A stretch of 64,000 nt of DNA from Gloeobacterales cyanobacterium (GTDB taxonomy: Bacteria; Cyanobacteriota; Cyanobacteriia; Gloeobacterales; PMM-0068). The notes under the pieces are model-generated. The model searched no databases. It saw only the letters and a list, made by a program, of their open reading frames with translations, and was not told the origin of the DNA. Positions 48,796 through 59,351 of the stretch are shown here, piece after piece. The stretch's first letter is position 1, and each line of letters begins with the position of its first letter. Position numbers and translations under genes: made by a program. The DNA lies in the NCBI GenBank assembly GCA_038245785.1, contig JBBRSB010000021.1:1-64000 (forward strand), read 5' to 3'.

Positions 48796-50172
48796 ATGTT
48801 TTTAACAAAGAAAAAAATTCAAGGCTTTTTGCTCATTCTGGCACTCACCATTAGTGCGGTAGTCGGTTTATCCATGCGCTATGCCGAAGTAGTCGCAGCA
48901 CAGCCATTCGCTCAAAAGACTGTGGCAACGGGGTATCGGGCACCACCCGCTGCCGTGGCGCAGCAACCCACACAGACTGGTGCACAGGACAAGAGCGCAA
49001 CTGGAGACAAGGCAATCCGCCCCTTCCGCATCAATGTGCCAGAAGCGGCACTCGTCGATCTCCGCCGCCGCGTCGTGGCGACACGGTGGCCCGACCGGGA
49101 GACGGTTACGGATCAGTCGCAGGGCGTGCAGTTGGTGAAGCTCCAGGAACTCGTACGCTACTGGGGAACGAACTACGACTGGCGGAAGGCAGAGGCGAAG
49201 CTGAATGCCTTGCCGCAGTTTGTGACTCAGATCGATGGGGTTGACATTCAGTTCGTACACGTCCGCTCTCGCCATCCGAATGCCATGCCGCTGATCATCA
49301 CACATGGCTGGCCCGGCTCCATCTTCGAACTCCTGAAGGTCATTGGTCCGCTCACCAATCCCACAGCCTATGGAGGACGCGCGGAGGACGCCTTCGATCT
49401 CGTTCTGCCCTCAATGCCCGGTTATGGTTTCTCGGGCAAGCCGCAGGGCACTGGGTGGAACCCCGACCACATCGGTCGCGCTTGGCACGAGCTGATGGGG
49501 CGTCTGGGATACAAACGCTATGTGGCTCAAGGCGGCGATTGGGGTTCGGTAGTCGCGGACGTGATGGCGCATCAGGCACCGGCGGGGCTGCAGGGCATCC
49601 ACGTCAATATGCCTGCGACCGTGCCAGCGGATGTCGCGAAGGCCCTTAACAACGGCGATCCAGCACCGACCGGTTTGTCCGATAAGGAGAAGGCTGCGTT
49701 CGACTCACTGAACACCTTCTACAAGAAGAACACTGGCTACGCCGCCATGATGGTAACCCGCCCGCAAACCGTGGGCTACGGATTATCAGATTCGCCAGCC
49801 GGACTGGCTGCCTGGATGTATGACAAGTTTGCCCAATGGACGTATAGCGGTGGCGAGCCTGAGCGGTCACTTACTAAAGATGAGATGCTTGACGACATCA
49901 CGCTCTATTGGCTCACGAACAGCGCGATTTCTTCCGCGAGACTCTACTGGGAGAATAATGCCAACAACTTCAACGCCGTGGACATCTCCATTCCTGCTGC
50001 CGTGACGGTCTTTCCTGGCGAGATCTACCGAGCGCCACGCAGCTGGGCCGAGCGTAGTTACCACAAGCTCATTTATTTCCACGAGGTTGATAAGGGCGGT
50101 CACTTCGCAGCGTGGGAACAACCGGAACTCTTCGCTACCGAGATCCAAGCGGCGTTCAGATCACTGCGCTAG
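48796..50172 (+). CDS. Epoxide hydrolase (EHN + alpha/beta hydrolase), exported
   Basis: Signal peptide, HGWPGS, QGGDWG, GGHFAAWE. Confidence 0.92.
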   Translation: MFLTKKKIQGFLLILALTISAVVGLSMRYAEVVAAQPFAQKTVATGYRAPPAAVAQQPTQTGAQDKSATGDKAIRPFRINVPEAALVDLRRRVVATRWPDRETVTDQSQGVQLVKLQELVRYWGTNYDWRKAEAKLNALPQFVTQIDGVDIQFVHVRSRHPNAMPLIITHGWPGSIFELLKVIGPLTNPTAYGGRAEDAFDLVLPSMPGYGFSGKPQGTGWNPDHIGRAWHELMGRLGYKRYVAQGGDWGSVVADVMAHQAPAGLQGIHVNMPATVPADVAKALNNGDPAPTGLSDKEKAAFDSLNTFYKKNTGYAAMMVTRPQTVGYGLSDSPAGLAAWMYDKFAQWTYSGGEPERSLTKDEMLDDITLYWLTNSAISSARLYWENNANNFNAVDISIPAAVTVFPGEIYRAPRSWAERSYHKLIYFHEVDKGGHFAAWEQPELFATEIQAAFRSLR

Positions 50173-50264
50173 TGGGAGAGGGGAAGACGGCTCGCACAAC
50201 ATGCGAGCCGTCTGACCAAACCACACGCGACAACATCGATCTGGATTCAATTGGAGAGAGACAA

Positions 50265-51317
50265 ATGTCCACAGAAATCAACCATCATCGCCGCCGCTTT
50301 TTGGGCACTGCGGCTATGACCATTGCTGCCATCCAACTCGGCATGTTCGGTCCCACGAACGCGTAATCTAGCAAGACAAAATTGGCAGATCTGCCCAAAA
50401 TTAAGCCGGGGACGAACACATCATTCGGCTCACTGAAGCAGATCGATGCTGGCGTCCTGAATGTCGGATACGCTGAAGCTGGTCCCGCAAATGGTCGTCC
50501 GGTAATTCTTCTACACGGTTGGCCCTACGACATTCACAGCTATGTCGATGTTGTCCCTCTGTTAGCATCGGCGGGCTACCGAGTGATCGTGCCGTATCTG
50601 CGCGGCTATGGCATGACGAGTTTTCTTTCAAGTGAAACGTTCCGAAATGGCCAGCCATCGGCAATTGCTCTCGATATAATCGCTCTGATGGACGCTCTCA
50701 AGATTCAGAAGGCAATCCTCGCTGGTTTTGATTGGGGAGCGCGGACAGCCGACATCATCGCGGCACTCTGGCCTGAACGCTGTAAGGCGCTCGTCTCGGT
50801 GAGCGGTTATCTGATCGGCAGCCAGGAATCCGGTAAGATGCCGTTACCGCCAAAAGCTGAACTCCAATGGTGGTACCAATATTATTTTGCCACCGAACGC
50901 GGTCGAGCAGGCTACGACGAATACCGACACGATTTTGCTAAGCTCATTTGGCAGATTGCATCGCCGAAGTGGAACTTTGATAATGCCACGTTTGATCGCA
51001 GCGCAGCGGCCTTCAACAACGCGGATCATGTCAGCATCGTGATCCATAATTACTGCTGGCGGCTCGGACTAGCTGAAGGCGAGCCGAAATATGACGATCT
51101 GGAAAAGCGGCTTGCTGAAGCTCCAGTCATCACAGTGCCTACCATTACCCTTGAAGGCGATGCCAATGGTGCGCCGCATCCAGATCCCAGTTCCTATGCC
51201 AGGAAATTTTCGGGCAAATATTCGCACCGCACTATTAAAGGCGGCGTCGGGCACAATCTGCCTCAAGAGGCCCCACAGGCCTTTGCCAAAGCTATCGTCG
51301 AAGTTGACGGTTATTGA
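50265..51317 (+). pseudogene. Alpha/beta hydrolase with Tat-like signal cut off by an in-frame TAA (50364); catalytic part 50382-51317 open
   Basis: RRRFLG signal...TNA*SSKTK in frame with HGWP, GFDWG, GHNLPQE. Confidence 0.8.
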
Positions 51318-51458
51318 TCCGGCCTTAGCCTGCGTAAGGATATGACAACAATGGGATGAGTATGAGGGACCGCAAAAAGCACCGGATCTGCATCTAGAGG
51401 GGGCACTAGAAATCAAACATCTCCATTACCTAGCTAATTCTAAGGAGGATGGAATTTC

Positions 51459-51755
51459 GTGCAACCAATTACACATCGAGTTGAATCTCTGCTGATTCAA
51501 GCTGAACAAGCACACGGTCATTATGAACAAACAGTTTTGAATGGAGTCTATGATCAAGATTGGGCAATCTGGTATGCAAACTATGCGATTGACCAAGGCA
51601 TGGAAAAAGTACTAAACAGGTCATTCTTAGGAGAACGATTGAGCCAATTTCTTAGCCAGAGTTATGAGCAGTATAAAGCAGAGAAATCTCAGAAAACTTG
51701 GGCTGCCTATACTTCTCAAAAGTTGGTGGAGGAATGGGTAGAAGATCCGACTTAA
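51459..51755 (+). CDS. Hypothetical protein
   Basis: AAGGAGG RBS; AHGHYE...WAIWYA. Confidence 0.7.
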   Translation: MQPITHRVESLLIQAEQAHGHYEQTVLNGVYDQDWAIWYANYAIDQGMEKVLNRSFLGERLSQFLSQSYEQYKAEKSQKTWAAYTSQKLVEEWVEDPT

Positions 51756-51963
51756 TCTGCTCAATCTTAATCGGTTATGTTGCAAAAACAGGTCGATGGT
51801 GCCGAAGGATATCGCACCTGCCGCCGCCTTCACTCTGCTGGCATCTCTGTCCTTTTCACAGACGAAATTCCAGCAGAGAAGACCGTCAGCGGCAATGCCA
51901 TGTTTACGAATCCTCAGCTAGCACCAAGTCCAACTAAGTAGATCGGATGTCACAGGTCTGCGA

Positions 51964-52768
51964 TTAAATGGACTGACCGCCGGAGACTTTAATGCGCTGA
52001 GCATTCACCCATTTGTTATCTTCAGAAAGTAGAGAGGCGATCGCTCCCCCAATGTCATCCGGCAGACCGACCCGACCGAGCGCTGTTAGGAAAGCAATCT
52101 GTTGATTCATTTCTGGGTTATAGCGGACTGCACCGCCGCTGAAATCGGTTTCGTTGGCGAAGCCTCTCCCAAAGGAGAATCGCACCAGGAGCCACCACAT
52201 TTACCGCAATCCGTCTCGATCCTAACTCCTTTGCCATGTAGAGGGTTAGAGTCTCGATCGCGAAGCGTCGGCTCTGCCGAATCGCGCCTTTCATACTTGC
52301 ATAAGCGGCATAGCCGGGGGAGATAATCCGCGTCAAACCAGTAGAAACGTTTACAATTCGTCCGCCGTCATTGATCAGTGGCAGTAGTTTCTGAGTGAGG
52401 AAGAAAACACCCTTGACGTGAACATTCATCAAGTGGTCGAAATCTTCTTCAGTCGTCTCGGCAAAAGACGAGTGAACGCCCGTTCCAGCATTATTCACCA
52501 AGAAATCAAAATGCTCGGTTTGCCATTGATCTTTGAGTAACTGCTGGGTAAGTCCAGCGAAACTATCAAAAGTTTTAGTGTCGGCAGTATCGAGTTGCAG
52601 TGCCACCGCTTTTGCGTCAAATGCTTCGATTTCAGCAACGACTTTAGCGGCTTCCTCGGCATTGCGATGGTAAGTGACGATGATATCAACCCCTTTTTTA
52701 GCCAGATTCAAAGCGGTACTTTTGCCCAGTCCTCGGCTCGCTCCGGTTACCAATGCGATTTTGTTCAT
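51964..52768 (-). pseudogene. SDR oxidoreductase frameshifted by a 25-nt insertion; also has a 24-nt in-frame insertion
   Basis: TGASRGLG, NNAG, YASMK; removing the inserts restores KGAIETL and PGAIETDF. Confidence 0.9.
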
Positions 52769-53002
52769 TGCCTTATCCTTCTAGAGTGTTGTTTAGATCT
52801 ATTCGCTGCTAGATACAGGAGCGTAACAGGATGAATCGTTTCATCGTGTTCTCCTTGGGCTTTGCCTAAAGGCTGGGAAGTCAGAAAGTTTAACGTCACT
52901 GTTACGCACGCCAGCGATAGTCCAGAGGAATCCAGGTGTAGCCCTGAACTCTCGCGACAACTCTTATTTCATGGACAGTATTTGCGACACAACCTCGCCA
53001 AG

Positions 53003-53977
53003 TTAGCCCTTAACGACTGGCTTGTAATCCAGTGTGGCACGATCCCAATGCCCTAAGTTAGCCGCTGCCTCGTAAGTGCTTTGCAGGAATGCCATTACCT
53101 TTGCCTCTGGATTATCAGCTTGTCGTACTGCTTCATAAGGCAGCATGAATTCCTGCATGTCTGGGCTGTAAAAGGCTTCTTGCGGTTGGATGGGATAATC
53201 CTTGAAGCCCTCTGGTGCCGGATAGGCATAAGCGTAGAACAAGGCTTCGATTGAGCCACCGCCAAACCAAAAACCACAACTACTAACCTCATATGAGTAG
53301 GCTTCTCGCGTCACCCAATCCGCCATGTGTGGCACTCCACCCGGATGTTCGGGTGCACGCCGTCCCGAAAAGCGCGTCACTGCTAGGTCAAAGCTGCCCC
53401 AGAAGAAATGGACTGGGCTACACTTGCCAGCATAGCGAGCGCGGAAGACGGTCAGCAGGCGATCGGCTTCTACCAGAATCTGCCAAAACCGTTGGGCAGA
53501 TTCTGCATCGTAAGCCACATGTTGCTCGTCTTGCTCAAAGGGAATGGGGTCAGCCACTTCCTGCGGCATCGTCCAGATCTGAACTTCGATGCCCATGTCT
53601 CTCAAGGTACTCATCACGGCTTGATAGAAAGCAGCTACAGAGCAAGGAGCAAGTGCGATCCTTCGCATCATGCCATCGCTCGTTTCAATCAGGAGTTGAT
53701 GTTGTAGGAAGTCAAAGGTGATTTGAAAGCTACGGAGACCATCAGGCATCGTCCCAGTCGTAAGCCCGCGTGGTGTGACATACAGCGTTGAATGCCACCA
53801 GTGATTCATTTTGGGTGCTAACGCTAAGCGAATTTTGCCAATAATTTGCGTCCACAGATGCAGCGTTTCATAAGTGTCTTGCCAAGCGGCAAGCGGCAGG
53901 GGAAGCCAACGATCGGTAGAGGAAAGGTGAGTGGCAGTTGTCATGCTACGAATCTCCATGCGAGTAGTTACTGTCAT
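53003..53977 (-). CDS. DUF5996 family protein
   Basis: TLHLWTQIIGK, SPVHFFWGSFDLAVTRFSGR. Confidence 0.85.
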   Translation of the reverse strand: MTVTTRMEIRSMTTATHLSSTDRWLPLPLAAWQDTYETLHLWTQIIGKIRLALAPKMNHWWHSTLYVTPRGLTTGTMPDGLRSFQITFDFLQHQLLIETSDGMMRRIALAPCSVAAFYQAVMSTLRDMGIEVQIWTMPQEVADPIPFEQDEQHVAYDAESAQRFWQILVEADRLLTVFRARYAGKCSPVHFFWGSFDLAVTRFSGRRAPEHPGGVPHMADWVTREAYSYEVSSCGFWFGGGSIEALFYAYAYPAPEGFKDYPIQPQEAFYSPDMQEFMLPYEAVRQADNPEAKVMAFLQSTYEAAANLGHWDRATLDYKPVVKG

Positions 53978-54122
53978 GTAAACGTTAAGTTCAAGAGTTG
54001 AGGAGTTGTATGTTTTTTGATTACTTTGTCCTACTTATCAATACGTTTATGCAGCCTGCGCCTGCCTTAGAGGTTTTTTTTAGTCCGCTTGCTACGGAAA
54101 TGCCAATTTGTCCTGAGTTAGA

Positions 54123-55112
54123 CTACGGCTCATTGACCAAGACTACTAATTTCCCTTTTGCCTGGTTAGACTCCATATATTGATGGGCTTCGACAATTTC
54201 ACCGAGATGGAAAGTACGGTCAATATTGACCCGGCTTTGCCCCGCAGCGACACCATCAATAAAGCGTTGTAGCTGTTCAACCGAAAGGTCTTTAGACTCG
54301 CCAGTGTAGATAGTCAGTCGCACTGTGTGAGGAATATCATTCATCGGTGAAAAGTTAGGTAGTGCCCAAGCATTGCCCAAAATCCCGGTCATGCAAACGA
54401 TACCGCCAGGCGAAACGCATTGCAGTGAATCAAGCAGAGTAGTGGTGCCCACGAGTTCCAAAACGCGATCGACGCCTTTAGGAAAGCGCTCATGGATGGC
54501 GGGTGCGATCGCACCCTCATCAATCACCACCTGATCAGCTCCATTTGTGCTTAGAGCCTCTGCCTTAGCAGCATTGCGAGTTGTAGCAATCACGGTTAAC
54601 CCCAGTGCTTTAGCAAGATGGGCTGCGGTCATGCCAACTGATGAGGTGCCGCCTCGAATGAGCAGCGTCTGCCCTGCCTGCACACCCAAACCGGACACGA
54701 GTGAACCGTAGGCAGTCTGGAACATTTCTGGAATGGCTCCTAACACTGCCCAATCCAGATCAGTCTCGATTTGAAAGACACAAGCTTGCGGAACACAGGT
54801 GTATTCGGCATAGCTCCCATCAAAGTCCCGTCCCATACCGCCCATAATGGCAGCAACCTTTTGACCCGGTTGAAACGGCGTGTCAGGGGCGGCTTCGACA
54901 AGACCCACACACTCAATGCCCAAAACCCGAGGCCACTGCACATCAGGAGAGTGTCCCTGACGTGTAAACATCTCAGAACGATTAAGGCCAAACGCTTTGA
55001 CCTTGATCAGCACCCACCCCGATCGCGGTAATGGTTTGGCAATCTCTTGGAGCTGAAGGGCTGTTGGGTTGCCAGGGGATGCTAAAACAATGGCTTTCAT
55101 CATGGTTTTCAT
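54123..55112 (-). CDS. MDR/quinone oxidoreductase-like protein
   Basis: GLNRSE, LGIECVG, RGGTSSVG, GKLVV. Confidence 0.9.
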   Translation of the reverse strand: MKTMMKAIVLASPGNPTALQLQEIAKPLPRSGWVLIKVKAFGLNRSEMFTRQGHSPDVQWPRVLGIECVGLVEAAPDTPFQPGQKVAAIMGGMGRDFDGSYAEYTCVPQACVFQIETDLDWAVLGAIPEMFQTAYGSLVSGLGVQAGQTLLIRGGTSSVGMTAAHLAKALGLTVIATTRNAAKAEALSTNGADQVVIDEGAIAPAIHERFPKGVDRVLELVGTTTLLDSLQCVSPGGIVCMTGILGNAWALPNFSPMNDIPHTVRLTIYTGESKDLSVEQLQRFIDGVAAGQSRVNIDRTFHLGEIVEAHQYMESNQAKGKLVVLVNEP

Positions 55113-55122
55113 CCTGAAGGGG

Positions 55123-55503
55123 TTAATGAGGTGCTAGGGAAGAGGCAAATAAATATCGATGAATTTTCCAATCACCGTTCTCTTGCTTAAAGATAAACAG
55201 CTCATTGTTTCCTTCATCTGTCGTTTTGTGGTCGGCTAACACGGTTGTTGTGCCTGCTGACGTGGTGCGCACATAGGCGAGTTCTCCCATTGGCTCGACT
55301 TCATGGATCGTAAACTTGACCCGAAGTTGAATGGTTTGAAAGATTTGCTCGTAAGTAGCTTGAACGGCATCACGTCCGACTTGAGCCGAGGCAAACTGGG
55401 GCATGAAGATTGGCTCACTACTGTAAAGTGTCAGCGCTGCCGCTGTATCCGAGACATTCAAAGCCTGCTCATACTGCTGGAGAACCTGTTGAATCTGTTG
55501 CAT
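55123..55503 (-). CDS. SnoaL/NTF2-like protein
   Basis: YEQALN...NELFIF...WKIHRY; AGGAG RBS. Confidence 0.85.
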   Translation of the reverse strand: MQQIQQVLQQYEQALNVSDTAAALTLYSSEPIFMPQFASAQVGRDAVQATYEQIFQTIQLRVKFTIHEVEPMGELAYVRTTSAGTTTVLADHKTTDEGNNELFIFKQENGDWKIHRYLFASSLAPH

Positions 55504-55626
55504 TGCTATGCTCCTAAATTTATATGGTTTGAACCGACATGGACACGATGAAATCAATCAATCGACAGAAGTGAAGTGAGCGAGATGTAAAGAACAAAAC
55601 GACGAATCGCTGCTCATTCCATCAAC

Positions 55627-56574
55627 TTAAAGAGATGGGTGAACGACTTGCAAAACGAGCTTGCCGTGAGGATGACCGTGTTGGCTAACCTCCTGTGCTT
55701 TGGCGGCTTCTGCCAGCTCAAAAAGCTGCTCAACAGACACTTTGATCTGTCCATCATCGATCAATTGAGCAATCTGCAGTAGCTGTGAATTAACTCTGAG
55801 ATTGGCGAAAACAGGAACCGCTTTAATGCCCTGCGGAATGCCCGATTCAGGCACACCAAGTGTGGAAACCAGAACGCCACCAGGACGAATGATTTGCCAC
55901 GATCGCGCCTGCGTTTCTCCACCGACCAAATCAAGCACCACATCCACATCCTTCACCTGCTGGTCAAACGGTTGACCAGCATAGTCGATCGCTTGATCAG
56001 CACCCAGCTTTTGCACATCGTCAAGGTTCGCCGCCGATGCCGTTGCAATGACTTGTGCGCCCTTCCACTTGGCAATTTGGATCGCATAGCGACCCACACC
56101 GCCCGCGCCACCATGAATCAGCACGCTCTGCCCTGCCTGGAGCTTTGCATCATCAAACAATGCTTGCCATGCGGTCATTGCCACAATGGGGACAGAAGCC
56201 GCGTGAATGTAATCGAGGGTTTTCGGCATTAGCGCGATCGCGTCTGCATAACCCACTGCATATTCGGCATAGGCTCCCGAAAGCGCCATGTCTGCCGTGC
56301 CATAAACGGCTTGTCCCGGTTGCAGTGTGGTAACGCCATCGCCCACACTTGCGACAACGCCAGCCACATCAGCGCCAGCAATCACAGGCAGCGGATAATC
56401 GAGTGCTTGTTTGAAAAACCCTTCACGAATCTTCCAATCGATCGGGTTTACACCTGCTGCATAAACTTGAATGAGTACTTCGCCTGCTTGAGGTTCAGGA
56501 CGGGGCACTTCGTCGTACTTGAGGTTTTCAGCCCCTCCGTAAGCATGAATTCGGATTGCTTTCATCATTTCCAT
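55627..56574 (-). CDS. NADP-dependent MDR oxidoreductase
   Basis: AAGVNPIDWK, HGGAGGVG, GKLVL. Confidence 0.92.
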   Translation of the reverse strand: MEMMKAIRIHAYGGAENLKYDEVPRPEPQAGEVLIQVYAAGVNPIDWKIREGFFKQALDYPLPVIAGADVAGVVASVGDGVTTLQPGQAVYGTADMALSGAYAEYAVGYADAIALMPKTLDYIHAASVPIVAMTAWQALFDDAKLQAGQSVLIHGGAGGVGRYAIQIAKWKGAQVIATASAANLDDVQKLGADQAIDYAGQPFDQQVKDVDVVLDLVGGETQARSWQIIRPGGVLVSTLGVPESGIPQGIKAVPVFANLRVNSQLLQIAQLIDDGQIKVSVEQLFELAEAAKAQEVSQHGHPHGKLVLQVVHPSL

Positions 56575-56625
56575 TGTGATGTACTCCTAATAAATAGAAT
56601 GGACAAACATTTCATCAATCACTAA

Positions 56626-57150
56626 TCACTGGCGATCGAAATCTCGAACGTTACTAAATGAAAACGTGTGGCATCTGTTTTGCTCCATTGAAGATCCATC
56701 AACATACTGCTGACCACCGATCGTTATGAATTCAACCGTGCTGGCGGGAGCCGCGAAATCTAATGAGGTAATTTCTTCTCTTTGAGCCTCGACTCGACCC
56801 AGCACAATGAGCTCCTTCCCACTTGTGCCCGGTTTGAGGCTCAGGGCGTGCGCGTCAAGTTGTACGATCGCGCCCCGCACCAAGCTATTACCCTTACCGC
56901 CTTTTGTGATCACGTCCCCAAGCACGAGGATGCTGCCAAACGGTTTGCTGGTCTGTATCCCAATTGAGCCATTGCCATGAGTGGTAATGCTTTTAAATTC
57001 TGCATAAGCCAGAGTTCCGTCGTATAGATTGAATCCTCGCGCCCCCTCGCCATAGGTAGCCAGGTCGCCTTGTATAATCAGAGTCTGCAAATCTCCAAAA
57101 TTCATGAATCCGATTCCACTTTCTATGAATGATTTTGCGTCGATCGCCTT
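56626..57150 (-). pseudogene. C-terminal fragment of a beta-rich hypothetical protein
   Basis: GIGFMNFG...GARGFN...GSIGIQ pattern with no clear start. Confidence 0.45.
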
Positions 57151-57151
57151 G

Positions 57152-57619
57152 CTAAGGCACCGATACTTCGCCGCCGTCCGGATTGCTCTGGAATGTCCAA
57201 GTACCACCCGATCGGAAGGTCGAACCTGTGCCAAAGGTGTCCTCCATGTACTGCATGTAGGTGACCAATCCGTCCTTCACCTTCGCCCAGACGGAGAACG
57301 GAGAGACAAACGTTTTATCGAGGTTCACTGAATGGACGGTGAAGCTGCCGAAGACAGCTACGTTCTCGCCTTCGCCGAAGATTTGCTGGATATCGAACGT
57401 CTCGATCGTCCAAAAGGTGTTGAGTTCCTGGAAAACTTTGAGGACGCTGGCAGGACCATCTTTATGCGTGCCTGCCCAAGGCATGAGCTTTTTCAGGTCG
57501 GGATTATCGTAGCTGAGCGATACGTAGACAGCATCGGGGGAGACGAGCGGGTTAACGACCTCAGGGTTGGTGGGGTCTTTGAGAATGGCTTGGACGATTT
57601 CTACTGGTGTACTCGACAT
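57152..57619 (-). CDS. SnoaL/NTF2-like protein
   Basis: MPWAGT, VAVFGSF, YMQYMEDT; GGAGG RBS. Confidence 0.85.
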   Translation of the reverse strand: MSSTPVEIVQAILKDPTNPEVVNPLVSPDAVYVSLSYDNPDLKKLMPWAGTHKDGPASVLKVFQELNTFWTIETFDIQQIFGEGENVAVFGSFTVHSVNLDKTFVSPFSVWAKVKDGLVTYMQYMEDTFGTGSTFRSGGTWTFQSNPDGGEVSVP

Positions 57620-57709
57620 ATGTCCTCCTCCAAGGCTGCTTATGCGAGCCTGATCATCGGGTTTGATGGTTGTGAGACTTATTTAGGAAAGACTTAAACT
57701 CAAGTTCAA

Positions 57710-59230
57710 CTATTGAACAGAAACGCCAACACTGGGAATCGTGCCTGAGTTGAAGGCAATATGTTTGTACTCCAGGAATTCATCGATCGCCGTCAGACCA
57801 TTCAGTCTGCCGTTGCCGCTGCGCTTGAATCCGCCCTCCTCGAACTCGTCCCAAACGATCGCCCAATCGTTGATCCAGATCGTGCCTGCATCGATCTCAC
57901 GGGCGACGCGCAGTGGACGGTCAACATCTCTAGTCCAAATGCTCGCAGCCAAACCATACTCACTGTCGTTTGCGAGCTGCACCGCTTCTGCCTCAGTATC
58001 AAAGATTTGCATCGTCAGGACTGGACCGAAGACCTCTTCCTGAACGATCGTCATTTTCGGATCGGTCACTTCCAGCAGCGTCGGACGGTAAAACGCACCG
58101 TTAGCGAGTGGACCTTCGACAATCGGACCGCCACGTACAAGCACCTTCGCGCCCGCTGCGATCGCTTCCTCCACCATCTTGTCAACACGAGCGACGTTCA
58201 GCTTATCAATGAGAGGCCCCATATCGCTGGACAGATCAGACGCAGGTCCTGTTTTAACGTTTTCCAGTCGCTGGGTGATCAGCGTGCGAAATTGATCGGC
58301 AACAGCACGCTGCACCAACAGGCGAGAACCCGTCATACAGAACTGCCCTGCAAAGGTCGTGAGTGCCTTCTCAACTTTTGGTGCAGCCGCCTCAAGATCA
58401 GCATCGTCGAAGATGATCATCGGTGTCTTACCACCAAGTTCGGTCTGAAACAGCTTGAGCGTCGCTGCCCCTGTTGCGGAAATCGCTTTCCCAGTCTGTG
58501 TGCTTCCCGTAAAGCTGATCACACGAATATCTTTTGACTCCATGAGAAAGGACGATCCGCCTCTCCCTCTGCTTTCGCTGAAGACGTTGATTACACCCTT
58601 TGGCAAATCGGCAGCTTCAGCCAGTACCTGACTAAAAAGATAGTTGATTTGTGCTGTGTTGCCAGGTAATTTGAGCACTGTGGTGACACCAGCAGCCAGG
58701 GCTGGTGCCAAAGAACGCACGGTGAGCACGAGCGGCGAATTAAAGGGTGCCACGATTCCAGCAACGCCGATCGCAGACCGGGTGACGATCGAAAGGTGTC
58801 CCGGCAAAACTTCTAAAGCTCGTCCGTAATTCGTCAGAACGACAGATGCCCAGTAGCGAAACTTGCTGGGAATCATCTCGACTTCAAACGCTGCTTCAGC
58901 ACGGATTTTGCCATTTTCGAGCGAGAGAATCTCGATCAGATCGTCTCGCCGTGCTTCAAAGCAATCCGCTATCTGATTCAAAACTCGTGCCCGGAGCGCA
59001 CGATTGTGCTTCCAATCCAATTCCCGAAAAGCCCGTACCGCAGCCTTAGTCGCTAGAACCGCATCTTCACGCCCACCATCCGCGTAAGTGCCAATGACCT
59101 CACCCGTGGCTGGGTTGATGCTCTCGGTATGCTGCGCTGAATCGATCCACTCACCATTAATCCAGTTTAGCGCTGGCGATCGCAGGTCAATATTCATTGT
59201 TGAGCCTTTCTGATCTATCTTTGCTAACAT
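57710..59230 (-). CDS. Aldehyde dehydrogenase
   Basis: FTGS, ELGGK, GQFC, EEVFGP. Confidence 0.95.
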   Translation of the reverse strand: MLAKIDQKGSTMNIDLRSPALNWINGEWIDSAQHTESINPATGEVIGTYADGGREDAVLATKAAVRAFRELDWKHNRALRARVLNQIADCFEARRDDLIEILSLENGKIRAEAAFEVEMIPSKFRYWASVVLTNYGRALEVLPGHLSIVTRSAIGVAGIVAPFNSPLVLTVRSLAPALAAGVTTVLKLPGNTAQINYLFSQVLAEAADLPKGVINVFSESRGRGGSSFLMESKDIRVISFTGSTQTGKAISATGAATLKLFQTELGGKTPMIIFDDADLEAAAPKVEKALTTFAGQFCMTGSRLLVQRAVADQFRTLITQRLENVKTGPASDLSSDMGPLIDKLNVARVDKMVEEAIAAGAKVLVRGGPIVEGPLANGAFYRPTLLEVTDPKMTIVQEEVFGPVLTMQIFDTEAEAVQLANDSEYGLAASIWTRDVDRPLRVAREIDAGTIWINDWAIVWDEFEEGGFKRSGNGRLNGLTAIDEFLEYKHIAFNSGTIPSVGVSVQ

Positions 59231-59351
59231 CGTTTCTGCTCCTTACGTCTCTTCTCAGTAACTGAATTCGGCGTTGTTGAATCTATGCATGAATTGTTGA
59301 GCGGCAAAGCTGACTGTGATTGCCAATGGGCAGACCGCGTGAACAAACCAG

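Noticed and set aside
57761..58537. 258-aa plus-strand ORF
   Set aside because: Antisense to the aldehyde dehydrogenase
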